DNA of 36,299 nucleotides from Methanocella sp. (GTDB lineage Archaea; Thermoproteota; Bathyarchaeia; Bathyarchaeales; Bathycorpusculaceae): NCBI GenBank assembly GCA_050261115.1, contig JBLNCY010000029.1, positions 1 to 36,299 of the forward strand, read 5' to 3'. Shown piece by piece: positions 9,072 to 17,484 of this stretch (position 1 is its first letter; each line of letters starts with the position of its first letter). The notes under the pieces were generated by a model. It saw only the letters and a program-made list of their open reading frames with translations, ran no database searches and was not told where the DNA came from. The position numbers and the translations under genes were made by a program.

Positions 9072-10134
9072 TGTAGAGTTCCAACTTTTGCCTTATACCA
9101 ATTTCATCTGCAGGAAGCTCTTGTGTGCTTATCGCTTTTAAGATTTTAGCGGTATTTTCAACTTCTGGTTTAGGGTTTGTTTGCTGCAGGACAGTTAGTA
9201 TTCCCAATAACTTGGGTGACACTTCATACTTTTGGCTAAGAAATGCTAGCAAGTTACTGTTAAAACTGTTCTTAGCAAGAATAACCGCCACCGCATCAAG
9301 CCCACGTGCCTCTTCTCGGAGAAGCAAAGAGGTTGCTATGTATTCAATACAGAATTTCTTTCCCTGAGCAATGCTGGTGCCAAATTCGCTGTACCCAAAC
9401 CTGTTAAGGTTGAAGTTTAGGTCTGAATCGGGGATGCTTAGTGGCTTAGTTTCGGTCTGTAATGTTTTAATCTGGTTTCTTTGGGCTATTTCTCTAATTT
9501 GACGCCAGAACGCTTGAGGGTTGTAGAGTGTAATCTGTTGGCTTAGAGCTTCTCGGACTGGGTTAATTTCATCTGAGGTTAACAGATCAAGAAGATTGTT
9601 TGTATCTAGGATTAGGTTGTTTATTTTTAGGTTAAATTTTCGTTGTAGGTTCAGAGTGATTTTTTGAAGCTCTATTGTCTGGTCGAGATAATCCTGGGTT
9701 TCATTGAGGAGCAAGAGCAGTTCGATTCGATTTAATTTAGCGTTTTTTGCTGGGTTTATTGCGCTGATTGATCTAATGCTGCCTTTGTCACTTAGGGCTT
9801 TATCCATATCGGCAAAGAATGAAAGCAGGTTCGCTTTATTGGATAGGAATGTCAGCTTTTTTTCTATTTCCATATCCGATAGAGTATCAATCAAAAGGTA
9901 GTTTTCAAAATTCAGTTTAATGTTAGATGATCGCCCGATTGGTTCCAGGTTAAGCAAACCCTTCTCTTTCAGGTTTTGTAGTTTCTCGTAGATATTCGCG
10001 TAATAAGCAGATTCATACTTACTCTTCATTCGGTTGGTTAATTCGTTAATTGATAAAGAGTCACCTATGTTGGAGGAAATTGTATCTAGGGTTCGAATTG
10101 TAGCTGTATCCATTGTTTTTTTCCTACTAATCAT
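9061..10134 (-). CDS. winged-HTH protein with a degenerate nucleotidyltransferase-like middle domain, putative antitoxin/regulator (start may be ATG at 10113)
   Basis: N-terminal SLSINEL...YANIYEKLQNLKEKGLL..IGRS wHTH. Overlaps the downstream NTase gene by 11 nt. Confidence 0.75.
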   Translation of the reverse strand: MISRKKTMDTATIRTLDTISSNIGDSLSINELTNRMKSKYESAYYANIYEKLQNLKEKGLLNLEPIGRSSNIKLNFENYLLIDTLSDMEIEKKLTFLSNKANLLSFFADMDKALSDKGSIRSISAINPAKNAKLNRIELLLLLNETQDYLDQTIELQKITLNLQRKFNLKINNLILDTNNLLDLLTSDEINPVREALSQQITLYNPQAFWRQIREIAQRNQIKTLQTETKPLSIPDSDLNFNLNRFGYSEFGTSIAQGKKFCIEYIATSLLLREEARGLDAVAVILAKNSFNSNLLAFLSQKYEVSPKLLGILTVLQQTNPKPEVENTAKILKAISTQELPADEIGIRQKLELYNAL

Positions 10135-10176
10135 TATAGTAGACTTACTATAATATTATAGTAGTATAACTATAAT
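10133..10176. promoter_or_regulatory. two tandem 22-bp inverted-repeat operators
   Basis: ATTATAGT-agactt-ACTATAAT followed immediately by ATTATAGT-agtata-ACTATAAT, at the 5' end of the wHTH gene. Confidence 0.8.
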
Positions 10177-10566
10177 AAAGATGTTGTGTGCTATCGGAGA
10201 ACTCGGCGATTTTAATTTTCAAGCATTTCATAAAAGTAAAAGACCATATAAGCATTGTACTCAATATAAAATTCAGTAAAACCTCAACCACATAGCTATT
10301 TTGGCGCCACATGCCTTTGTAGCGCGTACGTTGCCTTCTCTGGAGACCCCGTAACCCGCTGGGACATGCGAACTTAAAATGCCACATCCACGTTACACTC
10401 TGATAGCAGTTTATAAAATCTCTCTGGATAAATAATCCAGACATAAACCGGCTGCCGAAATCTATTATACCTTCAATTCTTCGTTTGGTTGTATACAAAA
10501 CATTTAAGTGCTTAGTCGTTTTCACAGTAATTAGGTCTTTTTAGCTTCTTTTTAGAGGTCAATTTC

Positions 10567-11976
10567 ATGGACGATGTTTTGATTAGCTCAACCCCTTCTA
10601 AGGAAACGTTGTCAGTAGCCCAAGCGAATTTTTGCTCAGATATTAACCGTATTTGCTTCTTTAGCCAGCTTGATCCTGAAGTTAAGAAATGGTTATTTGA
10701 ATTAGAAGATAGCGGACGCCTAGTAGTGGCGCTTAAAGCGTTCAGGGCCATCGATCAGCAGATGAAGATAGGTGCAGACGTACGGGAAGTGGTAGGCCAA
10801 GTCCTCAGGGAAATAAAGAACGACTTTGGCGATGTCAAGGATGGCATGGATAAGTCTGTAAAACAGTATTTGGAGAGCATGGTTGAACAAACGCTAAAAG
10901 GAAGGGTAGAAACTGAGAAGTTTGTTAAGCAAAGCATCGAGCAGCAAACAGGCTTTCTAGTAGAGAAAGTAGAGCTTCTACTGAAACAGGGCAAAAGCAT
11001 CGAAGAGGTTCAGAAAGCGCTAAAAGAAGACACTGAAAAATTTGTTAAAAGCCTAATTACCACTCAAATGGAGACAGTTGTTGATAAAATCGAAACTCTG
11101 CTTAAGCAAGAAAAAAGCATTGAGCAAATCCAGAAAGAGATGAAAGAGGATACCAAACAGTTTGTCAAAGAAACAGTTGAAGGACAAGTTAAAACGCTTG
11201 TAGAAAAGGTTGAGCTCCTGCTTAACCAGGGCAAGAGTGTCGAAGAAATAAAAATAGAGCTCAAAACCGCTCTTGGTGAGATCCAAACAGCAACCGGGGG
11301 AATAAACACCGTTCTGCAAACGCTTAAAATTCCTCTGATTAAGGGGGATAAGGCTGAAATTGAATTGATCTCTCAGATTAATGAAGCGTTTTTAGCTAAC
11401 AAAAACGTTCGAGTGGAGCCAATAGGCGGTCCAGACGCCACTGACGTTATAGTCAAGTTTTCATGTCAGGACTTAGAAGTTGGCCGAGTCCTAGTTGAAA
11501 GCAAATCAAGCGATACATGGAGCAATAATTACCTTGAACAGGTAAAAAACGACATGCAAAGATACGGTATAGCAACGGCAATCTTATCCGTCGGAAAGCC
11601 TCCGAGAGGAGCAAAAGTCAAAGGCTACACAATCGATGAATCATTAGGCATAATTGTGATAACAACCCCTGATATGGCAGCCTCAACCTTAGCTATGCTC
11701 TATGACATTTACTTGGCGAACTGGAGAATAGGCAAAAAAACACTTAACCTGCAAGCCATAACTGATGACAAAGACATCTTATGCCATATCGAAGACAACA
11801 TGAAATGCTTAGAGGACTGCAAAAAAGTTAACGATTCAATAGATAAATCACAGAGAGAAATACACAAGTTGACCGCAGGAATAATCGGCAGAATAACGGA
11901 CAATAATCAATCGATAGCGCGTCTAATATCACAACACCAACAATCAGCGAGCCGAGAAAATACAGGCCTTACTTAA
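10567..11976 (+). CDS. coiled-coil protein with a C-terminal DUF2130/RmuC-like PD-(D/E)xK nuclease domain
   Basis: KGDKAEIEL...ATDVIV...VLVESKSSDTWS..Y...KNDM motif after a long heptad-rich region. Confidence 0.75.
   Translation: MDDVLISSTPSKETLSVAQANFCSDINRICFFSQLDPEVKKWLFELEDSGRLVVALKAFRAIDQQMKIGADVREVVGQVLREIKNDFGDVKDGMDKSVKQYLESMVEQTLKGRVETEKFVKQSIEQQTGFLVEKVELLLKQGKSIEEVQKALKEDTEKFVKSLITTQMETVVDKIETLLKQEKSIEQIQKEMKEDTKQFVKETVEGQVKTLVEKVELLLNQGKSVEEIKIELKTALGEIQTATGGINTVLQTLKIPLIKGDKAEIELISQINEAFLANKNVRVEPIGGPDATDVIVKFSCQDLEVGRVLVESKSSDTWSNNYLEQVKNDMQRYGIATAILSVGKPPRGAKVKGYTIDESLGIIVITTPDMAASTLAMLYDIYLANWRIGKKTLNLQAITDDKDILCHIEDNMKCLEDCKKVNDSIDKSQREIHKLTAGIIGRITDNNQSIARLISQHQQSASRENTGLT
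10909..11268 (+). repeat. three tandem 120-bp (40-aa) intragenic repeats
   Basis: (E/D)T.xFVK.......V(E/D)K(V/I)E.LL.Q.KS(I/V)E units starting at 10909, 11029 and 11149. Confidence 0.85.
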
Positions 11977-12067
11977 TCTTTCAAACGCATGCTCGCCAAA
12001 TTGACCGCTTCATTCTAGGGCAAACCGCTAAAGCCTTATCAATTTAAACAGTATTGTAGGTGAAAGC

Positions 12068-12214
12068 TTGGCATCCGATGAGAAGCTCAGTTGCGAAGTG
12101 TGTGGCAGAGTTATTAACAAAGAAGAAAGCGAACAGTACGATGGGATGTGCTGGGAATGCTGGGACGACCAATTAACTGAAGAATCAGTCAGCATGTTTG
12201 ATGACCTAATGTAG
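12068..12214 (+). CDS. small acidic zinc-finger protein (48 aa)
   Basis: MASDEKLSCEVCGRVINKEESEQYDGMCWECWDDQLTEESVSMFDDLM has two CxxC motifs. AGGTGA SD before the TTG. Confidence 0.8.
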   Translation: MASDEKLSCEVCGRVINKEESEQYDGMCWECWDDQLTEESVSMFDDLM

Positions 12215-12247
12215 GGTAGAGAGTGGTATCTCTAACGGCGCTCTTTT

Positions 12248-12573
12248 CTCACTTTATCAACCCATTATTATGCATTAAGTCTTGAAGTGTTCGTGTTTTG
12301 AATGGTTGCAGAATACTCGCATCCTCCTTACAAGCTCCAAGCATTGGTACAAAGAAACCGCTTTTAGTAATGTATGCATGAAAACGGCCGCCGTTTTTCA
12401 GACTATGGTCTGGTCTCATTTGCGACTTTGTAGTGCTCCTTTATCAAATCTACGAGTTTCTGCTTTGATAACGCGTAAATGTCTGATGAGCAGCTATTGA
12501 GATGTATCAGTAACCAAAAGTCGGCGTTAATACTATTAATTTTCTCTTCAATTTTCTTCAAATATCGTATTAT
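12248..12573 (-). pseudogene. possible frameshifted 3' fragment of an unknown gene
   Basis: Two abutting open frames (IIRYLKKIEEKINSINADFWLLIHL... and RPDHSLKNGGRFHAYITK...GLIK*) with no convincing start. Confidence 0.3.
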
Positions 12574-12575
12574 AG

Positions 12576-13213
12576 GCGGCGTACTTGCTTGAGCGTCAGC
12601 AGGAAATTGTTCAGCAGCTCTATGATGCCCTTAAGGCGAATCCCGAGGCGCCGGTAGATTGGGATGCGTTAGAATTGGATCTGACGAGAAAATTATAGTG
12701 GATAAATCCAATGCTTTCTACGGTCACCGCGTTATGGAATTATTTGACATCGGCATAGCTAGGTTTATCCACTTAAATGATCCTCTCAATAAGTGGATTT
12801 TCTATAACCGCTCAGGTTGGTTTCTGTCTGAAATGCAGAAGTGGCTTTTTCTGCTCTGGTATGAAAAGCAGATCTGCGATAACCCCGAGTTTTACAAGCT
12901 GTGCCCTGGGGAGCTAGCGCAGATTCGGGAGCGGATTGAGAGTCGGTGGCGTGATTGGCTTAGTGAGGAAAGCTGGAAGAGGTTCTTTGAGGCGCGCGTT
13001 GAGCAGAAACTGGACAAGTCGCTAAGGGAAGCCATGCAGCAGGAACCTGAAGAGGACGAGGAAGAAGAGGAAGAGGAGCTTGAGCGTGAAGCCGCTTTGC
13101 AAAAAGCTAATGATGCGAAAACCCTGAGGGAGAAGTGCCCAGGCTGCGCGGAGAAGTGCAAGGAGTATTTTGAGAGGCGGGGTGATAAGAAGCGTGAGTC
13201 GGCGGGAAGATGA
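12576..13213 (+). pseudogene. 5'-truncated, frameshifted element protein with an acidic tract and C-terminal Cys cluster
   Basis: Upstream frame AAYLLERQQEIVQQLYDALKANPEAPVDWDALELD joins ORF 12659..13213 by a 1-nt shift. CPGCAEKC near the C-terminus. Confidence 0.55.
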
Positions 13214-13747
13214 AATTCCGATTTTGATGTCGGAAAGAGTAAAGATATCTGACCTCAAGTTTGACGAGGATAACCCTAACCACATGTCGCCTGCGCAGTT
13301 TAATCGCTTGAAGGCTTCGATTAGGCATTGGGGCGATATCGTGCCCGTTGTCACTAACAGTGAGCTTTTGGTGGCCGATGGGGCGCATCGGGTTGCGGCT
13401 ATGAAGGCGCTGGGCATGACGGAGTGCAGCGTCATCCGCCTACCGATGAAGGATGTGGATCGGCGGCTGCTGCGTCAGGTGCTCAATAAGCTGCGGGGTA
13501 ACCACAAAAAGGAGTTGGATGACGCCGAATACCTGCGCATAATTGATGCGGGAGAAAAGGAAGAGTTAAAGGCACTGCTTGATTCTGTGGCGAAGACCTC
13601 CCCCTCGAAGTAGAGGACTGGCCGGTTTCGTTTGAGGTTCCTGCGACTTACGAGTTAATTGTGGAGTGCCGGGATGAAGCGGATCAAAGGGCCAAGTATG
13701 AGAAGTTAAAGGCGGAGGGGTATAAGCTACGGATTTTGACATTGTAA
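13194..13747 (+). pseudogene. virus-type ParB/Srx N-terminal domain protein, frameshifted
   Basis: NPN..S...LKASI..WG...PVV...VADGAHR motif. GTG start after a GGGGTGAT SD. A 1-nt shift at ~13590 restores ...YELIVECRDEADQRAKYEKLKAEGYKLRILTL*. Confidence 0.8.
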
Positions 13748-14250
13748 AACGCTGGGAGAACTCTGCTAGCTTCCGTGCGCAGAGTGTGGTGGGCAGCTAC
13801 ACGCTAGCCACGGTTAAGCTGGAGAAGCGCTTTAGGGGTTCTTTGCCGCTGGAAGAGTTTGAGTAGCAAATCGGCGTCATAGTGGGTCGGAGCGGCACGG
13901 GCAAAACCACCATAGCCAAGCAGCTTTTCCCCGGCGCCTACATCAAGAGCTTTGAGTACCACAACAAATGCGTTCTGGATGATTTTCCTTTGGGGCTTGA
14001 GACGTCTGAGATCACGCGGATGCTTTGCAGTGTGGGGTTTGCGTCGCCGCCTGATTGGCTTAAGAGTTATGATTGCCTCAGCCAGGGCGAGAAGATGCGC
14101 GTTGACATCGCAAGAGCACTATGCTTAGACAAGCCGCTTGTTGTTTTTGACGAGCTTACTAGTGTAGTGGACCGTGAGATCGCCAAAGTCAGCGCGTTTG
14201 CAATCAGCAAGGCCGTGCGGCGTGGCGCTGAGGAAAAAATAAGTAATTAG
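13726..14250 (+). pseudogene. soluble virus-type ABC-ATPase, with a nonsense codon and 3' truncation
   Basis: FDIVKRW...E*QIGVIVGRSGTGKT (TAG at 13864, probably from TGG). LSQGEKMR signature and VVFDELTSVVDR Walker B. Breaks off after KAVRR. Confidence 0.8.
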
Positions 14251-14417
14251 GTAGGGGTTGTTCGATGAAAGTTGAAAGTGAGCCTTACCGTTTTCGCATA
14301 CAGGCATCTTTTTTGGATGGTATCGAATAATTGTATAAGAAAAAGATAATCACCAAATGCAGTAGGAAAAAATGTGTTTGCCTACTGGCGGGGTAGGCAT
14401 GTTTTGGTTTTAATTTT

Positions 14418-16463
14418 TTATAGACTTTCGTCCCACCATATGCCGCCCCAGGTGCAGTATGGGTTACCGTACCCGTCGTTGCTTACCGTTATGTAGCCAA
14501 GCCATGATGATTGAGGATTCAGAGACATCTTTGTGCCTTCATGCCAAGACCACCATTCCGCTTTGTCGTATACAGTAACATTGTACCAGCCAGTATATGT
14601 TGGGTATCCCCTGACAGCCGTAGGTGAAACCAGCTTATATTGTCCAACTGGAAGTGTACCGAGGTCATAGGTGTAATAATAAAAGACGTTATTGGACACA
14701 GTTGGGTTAGGAGCAGCGACAGTATGTCTTATTCCAACAGGTGCTATTAGAGTCCCAGACTGTAAGTTCTGGAACACAGGCTTAGGGTCTGCTGGGGCAA
14801 CTTGGCTTGCTGTTGCTTCTGGTAAAACCAGTACTCTTGCGATGAAGCGCCCGGTGCCGTTAAGCTTTATGTCTGCGAAGTGATCTAGTTGAGGAAGAAT
14901 CTGGGCGACAGTCGGCATACTATGTTCGTACAATAGTTGCCAATACCTTTGTAAGAGATCTTGGTTGTCAGGATCTAGTTGTATTGGACTAATATTTGGA
15001 AATTCCAGTTCTGCATTGATTTCCACGCTTATAACAAACTTTTCAACCTGTGCTTTGAACAGGTTAATTTGGTTTTGTAGCATTGGTTGCCAAGTGTTTT
15101 CAAGGTAATTTTTAACTGGAACGGTCTCGTTTCGAGCGTGATGTGCTTCAGCTATTAATGTGACTCCTTTGAGTTCGGTATAGAGGAATTTTTCGAAGTA
15201 ATTTTGGTACCCTTGATAGAGGCTTAATGCTTTCGCGCGGTAGTCTGCACCCCACCTTTGTACCGGTAATGTGCTTCCTGGCTGGTATAGCTGGTTAATC
15301 ATGGCGTCAGCCATTAATTCAAGCAATCCCTCTTCATTGCCAACCACGTGTCCTGTGAGGAATTTGTTTAGGTTATCCACTGCATAGGGTATGCCAGTAG
15401 TTCCAGACAAAACATCTGTAGTCCATTCGTCGATTGTTTTGTCACTGACTTCGCCAGGTTTACATTGCGCGTATTCATCAAGTAATCGGAATGATGTATC
15501 AATTTTTGATATAGGATCGTATGAACCTATTTCGCTGATTCTTATTTTCAAGTCTTGGTCTAGAGTGTTTAGTGCGTTTCTGAGTTCGATAAGTTGGTTG
15601 CTTATTGCATCAAGTTCTTGCTTTATTACGTTGAGCTTCTGGTCCATTTGATCGAGTTTTTGAGACATCTCAGCAAGTTTATCTAATATTTTTTGATCTG
15701 CCGATTCGAACCCCAGCAGCCCCATGGCCCAACCCATTACTTGACCGCCAACCCATGACATAGCGCCGTTTGCAAGACCTGAGCCGACAAAGCAAAATAA
15801 ATCGCTGCCAAAGCCGCCGACAAGGCCTTCACCTTTAAATGGGTGAGTTTGACCCTGTCCAACCTGTGATGCAAGGTTATTAACGTAGGCATTAAAGTCG
15901 CCATATGCATTAGCTTCACTTACAAAAGCTCTGCTGTCAAAGAGAGTACTGGTATGATCTAAATCATCAATGACACTGTTGATGCCTATGGTTGTGGGGA
16001 TTTCTAGGAATGTTTCGACTGCAAATTCAGCGGCTTCATTTGTTGCTGATTTATTATGGTCCATGTATGCAGCAATTAGTGTACTCAATGCGTTAACTGG
16101 GTAAGGATTATCTTGGTTGTAATTGTGGACGTATCGAGTAAGAGATCCGTTAAATGCGTCACCATACAATGTGCCCTCTGTAATTACGATTTTAAACTGT
16201 GTAGGTATTTCCCATACCCAAGTCCAAGGGATGTTTTCGATAAATACACCGCTGTTTAATGTGGCGTTTTTTCGCTCGAAAAGTCGGTGTCCTGATAAAT
16301 CGTTAATAGTTATGGTTGCTCCAACAAGCGGTCCATCAACATATGCTAAACCTACTAGCGTAGTTGTTTTCGATGTTCCCATCCAAGCTGTCGATGTAAT
16401 ACTTCCCGCGATGAGAAGGATTAGAATAATTGCTAAAAGCTTTTTATTTGAGATGCGTGCCAA
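14418..16463 (-). CDS. secreted 681-aa protein: signal/TM, beta domain, Gly-rich hydrophobic helix plus coiled coil (Vip3/latrotoxin-like helical region), aromatic C-terminal beta domain
   Basis: KKLLAIILILLIAG signal, DGPLVGATITI, GLANGAMSWVGGQVMGWAMGLLG followed by a ~55-aa heptad run. Confidence 0.8.
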   Translation of the reverse strand: MARISNKKLLAIILILLIAGSITSTAWMGTSKTTTLVGLAYVDGPLVGATITINDLSGHRLFERKNATLNSGVFIENIPWTWVWEIPTQFKIVITEGTLYGDAFNGSLTRYVHNYNQDNPYPVNALSTLIAAYMDHNKSATNEAAEFAVETFLEIPTTIGINSVIDDLDHTSTLFDSRAFVSEANAYGDFNAYVNNLASQVGQGQTHPFKGEGLVGGFGSDLFCFVGSGLANGAMSWVGGQVMGWAMGLLGFESADQKILDKLAEMSQKLDQMDQKLNVIKQELDAISNQLIELRNALNTLDQDLKIRISEIGSYDPISKIDTSFRLLDEYAQCKPGEVSDKTIDEWTTDVLSGTTGIPYAVDNLNKFLTGHVVGNEEGLLELMADAMINQLYQPGSTLPVQRWGADYRAKALSLYQGYQNYFEKFLYTELKGVTLIAEAHHARNETVPVKNYLENTWQPMLQNQINLFKAQVEKFVISVEINAELEFPNISPIQLDPDNQDLLQRYWQLLYEHSMPTVAQILPQLDHFADIKLNGTGRFIARVLVLPEATASQVAPADPKPVFQNLQSGTLIAPVGIRHTVAAPNPTVSNNVFYYYTYDLGTLPVGQYKLVSPTAVRGYPTYTGWYNVTVYDKAEWWSWHEGTKMSLNPQSSWLGYITVSNDGYGNPYCTWGGIWWDESL

Positions 16464-16571
16464 ACATTGTTCCCCTTAATCGAGTTATCAATATATGAGA
16501 ATATAAACGTTAAAACAAGGGAAAAAGTATGTGTGCTTCAGAAGGAGCGGTGCACCGTTAAAGTGTTTGAG

Positions 16572-16645
16572 TGGGTCGTACCGGATTTGAACCGTTGATC
16601 TTCGCCGCGTGAGGGCGACGTCCTAGCCAGCTAGACTAACGGCCC
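16572..16645 (-). tRNA. tRNA-Val (anticodon CAC), no encoded CCA, two stem mismatches
   Basis: Reverse complement GGGCCGTTAGTCTAGCTGGCTAGGACG-TCGCC-CT-CAC-GC-GGCGA-AGATC-AACGG-TTCAAAT-CCGGT-ACGACCC-A. Confidence 0.93.
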
Positions 16646-16689
16646 GACTCTTCTAGGCTCAAAATACATGTTGCTTTCATAAAACAGTT

Positions 16690-16973
16690 ACTTATCCAGA
16701 TCAGTGGCATGGCGTTCAGGGTTTAACGGCGCTTATGCAGCAAGCGGCAAAGAAGGGTGAACTTCATATTCCCAGAGAAAACATTCTAATGTTTGATAAT
16801 GCGCGGCCAACGTGTACTGATTAACAGAACTCGCGTGCTGGATACGCTTGGAACCGACGTTTAGGATTTGACGCGCGCCGAATTGGATGGAAGAAAGCAA
16901 ATTACAGAGTTAATGCGGTTCTTCCGCAAGTATGTGCCGGGATTTGAAGCAGCCTATATTGCCCAAAGCGGGC
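16690..16973 (+). pseudogene. internal fragment of an FAD-dependent oxidoreductase
   Basis: Manual translation ...IPRENILMF/RVLINRTRV...GTDV*DLTRAELDGRKQITELMRFFRKYVPGFEAAYIAQSG, with a stop and a frameshift. Confidence 0.75.
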
Positions 16974-17074
16974 ATAACCACTTGTGTCCGTGAATCCAGA
17001 TAAACCTAAAAAAGCCATGATTTGATTCCCCCTTGAGTGGTGGTACACCCATCTGTGGGAAAAGGTCTATTGAT

Positions 17075-17311
17075 TTATGTAGGGTTATCCCGACTGTTTC
17101 TCCTGTGCTTTTCTTTAAACTTGAGTAATCCAAAAATCGCCAAAAAAATAATGCCGCCAATTACAAATACAATCCCCCAGATCAACAGCATCCTGTCGAT
17201 GTTCGATGAACCCGAAACGTGGAAGCAACCAAATAATCCAAAGATATTTCCCCATATCAAAAAAACTGGAAAAAGGTATTTAGCAAATTTTGCTCGGTTC
17301 TCAGGGTACAT
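17075..17311 (-). CDS. small two-TM hypothetical protein
   Basis: 78 aa with two hydrophobic helices and a basic tail. Confidence 0.6.
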   Translation of the reverse strand: MYPENRAKFAKYLFPVFLIWGNIFGLFGCFHVSGSSNIDRMLLIWGIVFVIGGIIFLAIFGLLKFKEKHRRNSRDNPT

Positions 17312-17484
17312 AAGACTCTCAACGCTATATGGGCTTTAACAGATTAAAGCATACTCATCAGCTTTTCTTGGGCGTAATCTGCAGCTTCCTCTTCAGTGTC
17401 TTTTCTGCATTTGCCGCGTAGTTGAAGAAGGGACTGGATTCAGCCTTTTCCAACGGTAGGATGGATAGCGTCAGTCTGTTATTT

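Larger units (their letters stand above)
6300..16572. mobile_element. decayed integrated element (provirus/integrative-plasmid-like) abutting the 3' end of tRNA-Val; left boundary approximate
   Basis: Tyrosine integrase at one end and a tRNA 3' end at the other. Virus-type ParB and ABC-ATPase remnants, TA/nuclease cargo and multiple pseudogenes in between. No clear att duplicate found. Confidence 0.75.

Noticed and set aside
10148-10525. 125-aa minus-strand ORF
   Set aside because: Lies across the divergent promoter and operator region, with no motif or SD. Probably spurious.
13864-13866. In-frame TAG as pyrrolysine or readthrough
   Set aside because: It sits at an expected Trp (one substitution from TGG) in a gene that is also truncated. 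No pyl genes in the window.
14278-14294. GTGAGCCTTACCGTTTT as an internal att remnant
   Set aside because: About 12/17 identity, too weak.
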